Assembly (NCBI GenBank): GCA_008369845.1
Contig: MRSU01010707.1
Location: 1-52,350, forward strand
Direction: 5' to 3'
DNA from: Trichomonas gallinae
Taxonomy: Eukaryota
Length of the DNA stretch: 52,350 nt
In this document: in pieces, positions 30,701-39,125 of the stretch
Layout of the letters: the number at the start of each line of letters is the position of its first letter
Position numbering within the stretch: position 1 is the first letter of the stretch
Translations under genes and position numbers: made by a program
The notes under the pieces: model-generated
Databases searched by the model: none
What the model was told of the DNA's origin: nothing
What the model saw: only the letters and a program-made list of their open reading frames with translations

Positions 30701-32613
30701 AATATGGTGTTTGCTTCAAGCCACCTTCAGCATTGGCCAAATTCGTCGGCAAAACTATTTCTACTTATATTGATTCGTTAAATGTTGACCAGCCAATCAT
30801 GGAACAAAGCGCTGAGAAAACACTAAACAAAGCAGTGAAAACTATCAACGAAGCAAGAACAGTTTTCCAGAAATTAAATTCCACAGAGCCGGCAATCAAC
30901 GACATGTACAGAAGAGTTGTTGTATTGCGTAAATTCGTCAACTGCTGCTTCTGCGATAAATACGGCGTCGAATACAATTTCGGAGAATTTTTGTCAAATG
31001 ACTGCGGAAAATCATTGATTGGGTACTGCCTTAAATTCGACATGTTCGATCTTTCTTCGCAGATTTCATCTGTGTGGAACATCGAATGCAACGAACTCAA
31101 AGACATGTACGCGCAGAATGTCGTCGACTTAGGTTTATTTGATGAAGCAATAAGACTGAGTGTTGACAGGAGACAAAAACATTCGCAAAACACATCATCT
31201 ATTGTACAGAACATGATTTTCCATTACCAGTTGAATTCATGGATAGACAGAGCACTTGTCAGTGAAATAGTCACTACTGGAATTCCACCAGATATTGAGA
31301 TATTCATGGATGAATTCTTAAATCAAGATTTGATCAAAGCATCTGCACTTTTCCAAAACGTTAAATTCGAGTCAATGAAATCAAACGAAACACTTGACAT
31401 AGAATTCAAAGCAAGAAAGAGAACAACTGAGAGGGTCATCAACTCGCCAATCATGCAGAGGAACATGTCTAACTTCGATTTAATGAGCAAACATTCACTT
31501 CAACAATCAACGAATTCTATTTTGAACGAAGTTGACATCATTCCTCACTTTTTGTACAGATTAATTGGAATGACGCACGCTGTCATTGAGACAACACCGC
31601 CTCCTGAAGCATTAACAGCTTTAGGTACTTATCTCAAAGATAAAGCTCCCCCGTCTGAAAGATGCATTTATCTTGTGAAGAGAAGATCATTCATGATTCC
31701 ATTCCAGCAGATTGAGTTGCAGAGAGATTTACAATCAAAGTGGAATCTTTTCTTCAACTCATTATTCATCCCAGCTTTGTCGTTCAGATCGCTGGACATG
31801 CTCAAAGATACAATGAAGCAGAATGATCCATCGATGAAGAAGTTTTTGCCGCTCTTGAATAAATTGCTCGAAATGTCGAAACAGCGCAAACTTTCTCAGC
31901 TCAGTTTCGACATAGAACTGCTATTAGGAAAGACAGAAGCATCATTACATACTGCACAAGAACTGTTCGCATCTGCAGAGACAACAAGGGAGACAATCAA
32001 CTGCCTGGATATGATAGAAAGGTCGTTGGCGACTATGACAATTCCAGAAGTCAAATTGCTCGTTGAAGGCGTCCACCTTCAGAAAGAGTTCTGTTTAATC
32101 TGCGTCGAGAAAGGAATAAACGATTGCAGAGCATTGAACATATTTGGTGGTTATACTGCTAAAGTTTCTGTTGCTGCTTTCCTCCTTAAAGACACTAGAT
32201 ATGATTTGGCGCTGAAAATCATAAGATATACATCTGTCGAAGTTCGCAGTGTCGCGGAAAGATTATGCGACATGTTAGTTAACGAGCCTCCGAACACTGT
32301 TGTCGCTTTCGTTATTGAATTCGAGAAACACGTCGAGCACAAACTTTTGAGCGAGTTCATTTCGCCAATTCTCATGAGAACTGTTTATCTGCATTGTAAC
32401 GGTCCATTGGCTTTGATGATGATCAAGTCTTTGGCTGATGCAAATCTTAGAATTCTATTATTGGTTCAGTTCGGATGGACCCAGGAAGCTTTCAATGACG
32501 CAAAGGCAACAAAAAGCTATGATTTGCTGCCATTAATAGCGAAAGAGAGCTACTGGAGAGAACAAGGATTCATTGTAGATGAGGCAATGAAGATTTTATC
32601 AAAACTCAAATAA
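27730..32613 (+). CDS. Spastizin (SPG15/ZFYVE26)-like alpha-solenoid protein
   Basis: The C-terminal region (CLKFDMFDLSSQISSVW; FFNSLFIPAL...LKDTMKQNDPSMKKF; SFDIELLLG; VHLQKEF) follows the order of the conserved SPG15 C-terminal blocks as I recall them. No FYVE motif is visible. Confidence 0.6.
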   Translation: MNEILDRNFSSGELSKYNRLLVQEREAHAVREMCFFNIIPSLLYFQSINPASIKYILDSLVESIPPFLYRPPEQKQISINFHYLVNCVAKFFDIDVEYNFKNLFFQTIRSIHPNFELIIEYFKTHKKEKEQQVAHLLLQLYKHAPQLYLAIKDEVSSALDLLDKNVVFQSIGYDIFEFIGLDIFRPEAIPFANDENAINLFGNHIIYLNPQIVVKLQEYIFAKSPFPNTTFFGGGSKLGALFNTAAAQKLHIIDLTLLNSLKQYDLENDELGQTYLQLFPDMKAIALIGCMHKRMQNTQWILNKINSLTTTPKNIFGEFMERLKNDFDLLTKVKQATGINISLNSLINNSLPYNLRVSLENFDGDIFQETRNSKFFTISDADTRNDFDFVCAYFALSNAVMYFQYPSDEKIRIIDSSLRSIVDPAILQSTIIDIFSLIFLEKFGFCSNPSAAEKIIPLLLELTTSNELSDQLRVAHRRILISNLLDQTNTMDCAMASIQSMLDRALLKKDWQIAEQIAMLYGKSTTFFEIYRDSITKADIENNPNKDMILLEKCITSYDIQNFHSINSEKVPEAAYKVAKARLEFEPLENFKPVSAVTEVNNKFARLTAVSWPPTELNSFLRYSEKLTTFVKYLDTLVPQLIQANPNKTIGEILSFCPHKILSNLLHEGQIDQAKAIAKLINMDITEAILLYMNDSVGAAVPYLKDYPIVHIADMIFNDMQPDIMYSIPIGRYLDRVDLRKTSPVDPDSDEGRQDGISQEKLEKILRNALSGSKIDSEKIIDVSFRLNYEKFKSNILIVLEKVNLVELRDALQYSYCEDELFDRVDLLARVSSICNPFPFKQCLPKLIKSDNFSLAAEFINMFRFEFNTINVLREEALNLLHKNESIDKILDLSQSMRNEVISSLPQRYQTAILQGAEKFFATIPQTWKVENDPQNTARANIEQEEFVEIMTQFPQIDVSKDLIAFIQNKLAPTDIPIVYKLEMISDFVKKYGVCFKPPSALAKFVGKTISTYIDSLNVDQPIMEQSAEKTLNKAVKTINEARTVFQKLNSTEPAINDMYRRVVVLRKFVNCCFCDKYGVEYNFGEFLSNDCGKSLIGYCLKFDMFDLSSQISSVWNIECNELKDMYAQNVVDLGLFDEAIRLSVDRRQKHSQNTSSIVQNMIFHYQLNSWIDRALVSEIVTTGIPPDIEIFMDEFLNQDLIKASALFQNVKFESMKSNETLDIEFKARKRTTERVINSPIMQRNMSNFDLMSKHSLQQSTNSILNEVDIIPHFLYRLIGMTHAVIETTPPPEALTALGTYLKDKAPPSERCIYLVKRRSFMIPFQQIELQRDLQSKWNLFFNSLFIPALSFRSLDMLKDTMKQNDPSMKKFLPLLNKLLEMSKQRKLSQLSFDIELLLGKTEASLHTAQELFASAETTRETINCLDMIERSLATMTIPEVKLLVEGVHLQKEFCLICVEKGINDCRALNIFGGYTAKVSVAAFLLKDTRYDLALKIIRYTSVEVRSVAERLCDMLVNEPPNTVVAFVIEFEKHVEHKLLSEFISPILMRTVYLHCNGPLALMMIKSLADANLRILLLVQFGWTQEAFNDAKATKSYDLLPLIAKESYWREQGFIVDEAMKILSKLK

Positions 32614-33059
32614 TGTAATTTAAATTTATACTATTCTTTATGATTTTTTATTTTTGTTTAAAGAATGAGTTGTAAAGGGGAACAGAATGTTTGAGGCGCT
32701 CGAATGACTGAAATAATCATACGTACTTGCTTGGATCTTTATAGTATAGCTGGCATGCTTTCACTGAAGTTGAACTCGATTATAATTATGATCATTAGGA
32801 TATGAGTAGTAAAAGCAAGTTCCTTCAAAACTATTAAAAACAGCTTTACCGGATTTGTATATCTTTCATGGAGCGAGATATCTCATGAAATCAAAGATTA
32901 TTCCACCTGATAAATGCATTCCGGAAGTCAACTTCCAAGCACATGTTCTTGCCATAGTCGAAGGATATGGGATTTATTCCTGTGAAAATACTGTGAATCA
33001 TGAAAGAAAAATATTTTATTAATACATGTTAAACAGATATAAACATAATTAAAAAAAAA

Positions 33060-33961
33060 TTACTGTATATTCATTGTCTTATTAGTCTCGTCTATAATTG
33101 ATGCGAATGCTTTAAGATTTTCGCCGACTTTTGCTAATTGATCTGGATATTGAGATGCAGTTGTTATAATTGTAGTTATTTTACCGAGTAAAGCAGTTAC
33201 ATCATTACGCATTTTAATTTTTTTAGTTTTTGTAAATATTGCAGGAGGCAAATCTTTATCTATGAATGTTGTAAATTCTCTAATATACGCTTTTGTCTTA
33301 TCCGTATACTTTATTAATGCATCTTCGCTTGGATTCTCTTGTAATAATGTTGTCGCTTTTTGTTTAATTATTTGTAACGTTTTCTTTATCTTTGGTAAAC
33401 CTATTACAACCGAATCGTCATAAAAATGTTCCTTAGAAACGCTTGATTCGATGACTTTAATTATTGAATTTAGATTTCTGAAATTCAACCTAACTTCATC
33501 AACAAGTGGTTGACTTCCAGTACTTACAATCGATTCATAACTAGAAAATACTTCTGCGATCGCTTTTTGAAGATTTTTCGACGTATTTACCAAAATTGAG
33601 GGAATTTGAAGCGTTTTATTAACCATTCCGAGTGCACTAGATGTTTGATTGCAATAATCTTGGAATATATTCGTCAAAATAGAAAATTTTTCTGGAAATT
33701 CTTTAAAAGATGTATCATAAATCAGAAATTCGCGAATTGAAAGTGCTAAATCTCCATATGCATTGATTAGCGGCTGAGTAGCTGGGCAGCGAGTAAATTC
33801 TCTAAATTTTGGAGATTGTGTGTGACTTAGCGTACGAGGAGTCAGTCCAGGACTCAAACTTCGCTTCCCTCCTCGACTACTGTTGATTGGAGATGAAATT
33901 CCAAGATCATCTGATGTGTGATGAGGTGAATTCCGTGTCAAAAGGAAATAAAAGTGTCCAT
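33060..33961 (-). CDS. Hypothetical helical protein with a 5' frameshift (possible pseudogene, recoding or sequence error)
   Basis: The long frame has no ATG in its first ~115 codons. The initiator-proximal ATG at 33961 reads MDTFISF-stop; a -1 shift joins it to the long frame (MDTFISFLTRNSPHH...). Confidence 0.6.
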
Positions 33962-34505
33962 TGTCCAAAAGTGACAAATATTCCCTTTATCCAAAAGTGA
34001 CGATTTTACTAACGTTTTTTAAAAAGTGTCATCATTTAAGTGCTAAAATTCCAACCATTGATATTTCCTATTGTTGGATATCAAATCTTGAAACATGTGA
34101 GTTGGCAGAATAATTAATAACTGTACCCGTGTGTCTCCTGCTGCTGCCATATGCTTATATTTATGGAATATTTTTGTTCTATAAATTATTGATTATTTTG
34201 ACATGTAAATTGTATATATGTCAGAATCTGACATATAAACATTGTCATTTTTCTAAAAAGTGCACCACTCTTATGAGCTTTCTGAGCAATTATTCGAATT
34301 TGCGTATCTCGACAATGGCAAGACATAATCATGAAATATTTTGTATATATAAAGCATATAAATAGAGCATTTATATGCCAAAGTTTCAAGTCCCAAAAAG
34401 TGTTTCTTTCATGGCAGACGCATAACCTTAAAATGAAAAGTGACGTGTCGTGCTTTAAAAAGTGACAACTGTGCGAAATAAAAGTGTCACGGGAGTAAAA
34501 GTGAC
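33950..34505. promoter_or_regulatory. Divergent promoter region with eight AAAAGTG(A/T)C motifs
   Basis: Copies start at 33950, 33967, 33993, 34022, 34436, 34458, 34480 and 34497, all on the + strand. They resemble the AAAGTGAC upstream motif described for T. vaginalis. Confidence 0.65.
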
Positions 34506-34510
34506 AAGAT

Positions 34511-36847
34511 ATGATGTTTTTCTTTTCTTTCTTTGCCTGTTCGACAAAAGTTGGCTCAACAACTATTGTGGATCATGGCTTTGGCTCTGAGTTCTTCATC
34601 CACAACGTCGGAAGAAACAATCAGATCGAGGGCGAAGATTTGAATGTTATTCCGGCATGGGAAAACAAGCTTTCGGGTGAAAATACGCATATTACAGTCG
34701 TAGATGGTGGCTGTCGCTTAACAAATACAGATTTCGAAAATAAATTCGAGCAACAAGATAATTATAATTTTATCACAAAGAGTAACGATCCTTTTACTAA
34801 TGCTAACCAGTCAAAAATAGGCACTGCAGTCTTAGGTCTCGCAGCAGCTGCGTTAAATAGCAAAGGAATCGTTGGCGTTGCTCCTGATGCTAAAGTTTCT
34901 TGTGTTGCTTTCGACACAAATCAGAAATTCATCAAAGACACAGAAATGCAAACGTACATCTCCGAGAAAACAAAGAAATCAAGCATCCTTGCCATTCCAT
35001 TTTTAATGAAGGGTCCAAAACCCTTTCTTCCAAATATACAAATACAAAATAAAATGAAGACACTTGCTACATCTGATGACGTTGTCATCGTCAATAGTGC
35101 AGGAAATTCAGGTCATCTCGGTGGTGATGTGAATCAATATGCTGCAACATGCTCTCCATACGCAATAACAGTCGGTTCAGTAACCGTTAGAGGTGCCCCA
35201 ACATATTATACAAACAATGGCGCTTGCATCTCTGTTGCATCACCAAATTCAGGAAATCCGGATAGTTTCCCAGAAGAAATGGCTAAATATCCAATGATTG
35301 CTCACCCTTCATCAGATGACGATGAACTCCTTGATGTTTCTCATGGTGATAACAGTTTTGCTGTTGGTCCAATTTCAGGAGTTGCTGCATTGATGAAAGA
35401 AGCGAATCCATCACTGAAGCCACTCGACATACAACTGATTATGCAGCTCACGGCAACAAAAACAGATCCAAACAGCCCACTGTGGAAGAAAAACGCTGCA
35501 GGAAATTTCTACCATCCGCAAATCGGATTCGGCAGAGCTGACGCAGCCCTCGCGTGCGAAGTAGCAAAGAAATGGACAAACAATCTGAAACTTGATGAGT
35601 CGAAATCATCATTCAGCTCAGTTGCAGGTCTGAAAATCGGCAGTGGAAATGAAAAACCGGCCATTATCAACTTCAAGATCGATAAAGACATTCAGTTCAC
35701 TTCATATGTAGAATTGCAGATCAACACATCCAATGTTGACCTTTCGTTCGCTCACATTGAAGTTGAATCTCCACAAGGCTCAAAGTTCACCGTTTTGTAT
35801 CCATCACTTTTTGCTGAAGCGCACAATGAACATGTTATATCTGTTAAACAGTCTGTCAAATCTAAGATGACGATCGGTATCAGATGCTTCTTGGGCGAAA
35901 AGGCGCAAGGCACATGGAAGGTTTATGTCAAATACTCCAACTTTTACCCCGAAGTTGTAATTCATGATGCTTCTTTGACGGTTTACGGTTTTGATAGCAT
36001 CACAATTCCAAGTTTCCAGAAGAAGACTGGTCAACCGAGCGAAATGCCATATGAGCTCCTCAATTCAACAGAGTGGGTTGATTTCACGCACAAAGTGAAA
36101 TGTGATGCAGTCTGGAATTTGAATTTGTCTGTACAATCATATGAAAACTTCGAGCACATTCCAGTCCCAATATACATAGTCAACAAAGCTGATGCATCAA
36201 GAGCATTAATCGGGAATATCAATGCTACAGCATCTCCAGGCACGCAAACATTTAAAGTTCCATGCACATATGCTGCTGGTGAATATGGTTTCTCGATGCT
36301 ATTCGAGAACACACTATTCCAGATCTCAAAGAATTTCACATTAATAAACTCATTCCAGCCTCAACTCAAGAAGCCACCGCCACATTTAACACTAAAGTCT
36401 AATCCACTGTTCATCCAGTGGTCAAAGAAACTAAGCAAACCAAAGCCAAATGGTATATTCCAGAAAGTTTTGGTTTCTATTTACGACAATGATCACGATA
36501 AGATGATTTTCTCAAAGTACATCGATGATAACGGCCACCAGGATGTTAATGTTCCTGAAGTTAACTGCATGGACTGCGTTTTCTCACTCGCTTCTGTTTA
36601 TGAAACAGACTCGAACGAGTATTTCGAGGCTTCCATTTATCTCAAGTTCAAAGAAGGCCCAACCACGAAACCACCAACGCCAAGAGAGCCAAGAACACCA
36701 TCTGCCGTCATGAACGGTACTGCATTCTTGACTATCTCTGCAATTGGATGGCTTATTGTTGCTGCAACAGTCGGATTCTTCGTCTGGCGCAGAAAGAGGC
36801 AGCAGCTCGACTACTTGACAGTCTACGGAGGTCAACTGGCCAATTAA
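34511..36847 (+). CDS. Kexin/furin-like S8B protease homologue with P domain and C-terminal TM anchor, probably inactive
   Basis: Signal peptide, DLNVIPAW, VVDGG, GIVGVAPDAK, SAGNSG, GVAALMKEANPSL, FYHPQIGFG, P-domain (ESPQG; FLGEKAQGTW), TM helix and basic tail. The catalytic His position reads KIGT. Confidence 0.88.
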   Translation: MMFFFSFFACSTKVGSTTIVDHGFGSEFFIHNVGRNNQIEGEDLNVIPAWENKLSGENTHITVVDGGCRLTNTDFENKFEQQDNYNFITKSNDPFTNANQSKIGTAVLGLAAAALNSKGIVGVAPDAKVSCVAFDTNQKFIKDTEMQTYISEKTKKSSILAIPFLMKGPKPFLPNIQIQNKMKTLATSDDVVIVNSAGNSGHLGGDVNQYAATCSPYAITVGSVTVRGAPTYYTNNGACISVASPNSGNPDSFPEEMAKYPMIAHPSSDDDELLDVSHGDNSFAVGPISGVAALMKEANPSLKPLDIQLIMQLTATKTDPNSPLWKKNAAGNFYHPQIGFGRADAALACEVAKKWTNNLKLDESKSSFSSVAGLKIGSGNEKPAIINFKIDKDIQFTSYVELQINTSNVDLSFAHIEVESPQGSKFTVLYPSLFAEAHNEHVISVKQSVKSKMTIGIRCFLGEKAQGTWKVYVKYSNFYPEVVIHDASLTVYGFDSITIPSFQKKTGQPSEMPYELLNSTEWVDFTHKVKCDAVWNLNLSVQSYENFEHIPVPIYIVNKADASRALIGNINATASPGTQTFKVPCTYAAGEYGFSMLFENTLFQISKNFTLINSFQPQLKKPPPHLTLKSNPLFIQWSKKLSKPKPNGIFQKVLVSIYDNDHDKMIFSKYIDDNGHQDVNVPEVNCMDCVFSLASVYETDSNEYFEASIYLKFKEGPTTKPPTPREPRTPSAVMNGTAFLTISAIGWLIVAATVGFFVWRRKRQQLDYLTVYGGQLAN

Positions 36848-37699
36848 TTCAGTTTCTTCACTTTCTTATTCTATTCTTTTTATATATATTTATAAATACT
36901 ATATTATTAAATCATGTCTCACCGAAAAAAAACTTCTTCAGACAATTGAGAAAATTCTTATAAAATATTAAATGTGAATCATTTTTCAAGGAAGAAAAAC
37001 ATTCATGTATAGCATTTATTACAAGATAGAATGACAATTAATGATCGATTTACAGATGACTCAACATCCTATCTAGTTTTGAGCAGCAGATTATAACATA
37101 TCATTATCAAAAATGCAGATATTTGTTCATGGAAACTTATTATCGAGTACTAATGCGACAATGATCTATTTACATGCTAAAGGAAGAGTTAAGCATATAA
37201 TAATATATCCTTACTGATCATCAAAAAAATATTATATAAATCATTTTTTTGAATGAGAAAAAATCATCATGTATTGGTTGTTTGTAAGTTCTATAAATGA
37301 ACAAAAACATTTATTTATTTTTATATTTTTATATTTATTTATTTTTATATTTGGTATTTGTTGTATTTAAATGGTAATCCTATGATGTGTAATATGTGTA
37401 GATATTATTAATGTTTGGTTTGGCAAAAATATGAGTTTAATTGAGGCGGCAGGTCATATATCATTCTCAATATTTTTCAGACGGCAGATCATGATTTCTC
37501 AATTACATGTAATTTCTCAATTCTTTGCATGCATAAAAAAAATCGAATTCCATATTATGTCTTATGTATCATGTCTTTGATCTTATTCCTTAAATTGGTT
37601 CGCCTGATCTGTAACTCACAATTTATCTGACACGGATTTTGAATCCGTTTTTGAATAAGAATTGAAACTGTAATAAAAAAAAATATTTGGAAGTAGCCA

Positions 37700-38416
37700 A
37701 TGAGTGAACTCAAGAAAATCATTACCAACGAATATGCCCCGAGACTTAGATATAAGCATGATAGGAACAGTCTAATCAAGTCTATCTCTATAATTGGAGA
37801 AGGAAATGATTGGGTCGAATTTAAGAAGAGACATTTTCCTAAATTAGTTGCAAATAGACTATACACTCTACTCCAAACGCTCCAATGCTACGGACTCTTT
37901 CATAATCTTAGGAAAGAAGCGAATGGATACGTTGATATTTTGGATGGAATAATCCAAAAAGAATGGAATAAAACATTGGAAACCATCCTCGAAAACACTC
38001 ATATCTTCGACATGAAATTTGATGAAACATCGAAGTCCGGCGCTTCTTGTAATGCAAATGAATTGATTGAACACTTCTTTGATACGTTTGTAAAAGCAGA
38101 GCAAACGAGTAGTTACTTTGAACTATTCGAAATATTAAAATCAATAAATTCTTTCGAAAGTGATAAAGTGACAAATATAAATTACACGAATTCTTCTCAT
38201 ATCAAGTCAATTATCACTTTCACAAGAGTTGGTAAGTCAAGAAACAAAGTATTGCATAGATTTGTTATCAAAGATGGTTTAGATCTTTATGATTGCAATA
38301 AACTTGTTTTATCAACGAAATATTCAGATGATCATCGCGTTGATCAGTTTAATTTTGAAAACTTTTTGGATCCAATTTTCGTAACATTTGAGGACTATTG
38401 TTATGATTTTATGTAG
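37700..38416 (+). CDS. Hypothetical protein (238 aa), no recognised family
   Basis: ATG-initiated 238-codon ORF in AT-rich DNA where such length is unlikely by chance. Confidence 0.65.
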   Translation: MSELKKIITNEYAPRLRYKHDRNSLIKSISIIGEGNDWVEFKKRHFPKLVANRLYTLLQTLQCYGLFHNLRKEANGYVDILDGIIQKEWNKTLETILENTHIFDMKFDETSKSGASCNANELIEHFFDTFVKAEQTSSYFELFEILKSINSFESDKVTNINYTNSSHIKSIITFTRVGKSRNKVLHRFVIKDGLDLYDCNKLVLSTKYSDDHRVDQFNFENFLDPIFVTFEDYCYDFM

Positions 38417-39125
38417 ATTTGTTTAATACCGAATAAATATATTAGAATGACAATATTGTGTATTCCAGATAAATTTAAGGAAAAATAAAAAATTTTGATA
38501 TTGAATGAAAGGAAGAAAGAGCGAAACTGATATTTTAGAATACTGTTGATGTTGTCATTGATTTTGTAAGATTGATTGTATTTGCATTAATTTTTTCAAA
38601 AAATTTCTTACTTTTTAAAATTTCATCTTTCTCATACCAATAAATAAAACTATGATGAAAAATAAATCAATTGACATGATAACTATATCATAAAAATGCA
38701 GCACAATGACCATGAAAGACCACAAGTATTGAAATATTACAGATATGGATAACAAATCTATGATAGAGCTCATTGAAATCAATCTGAAATTTCCACTAAA
38801 AAAAAAAACATTTGTATGAGAATCTCAAAATTAATTTCTTCCCAAAACAGATGCACTAACGTGTTTTTCAATTGAAAAGGAGACCTCGTTTTTTCTATGA
38901 GGTATCAGAAATTTGTTTATTTTTTTTTACTAAAGTGAATTATAATTCATATGAATAATACAAAATTTTCTTCCTTCTAAAAATTTCTATTCTTGTGTTG
39001 TTTCATTCTTTATTCCATGGCATCTTTGACGTTAGTCAAACTACATAAGAAAACTAATAAAATATGTTCAAATCTCTCATGATGTTTTGTTGGTGAGTGA
39101 AATTTATAGAAAAACTATTATTTAC

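Noticed and set aside
38652..38787. Plus-strand C/D box pair
   Set aside because: Long spacing, no terminal stem and no identifiable guide.
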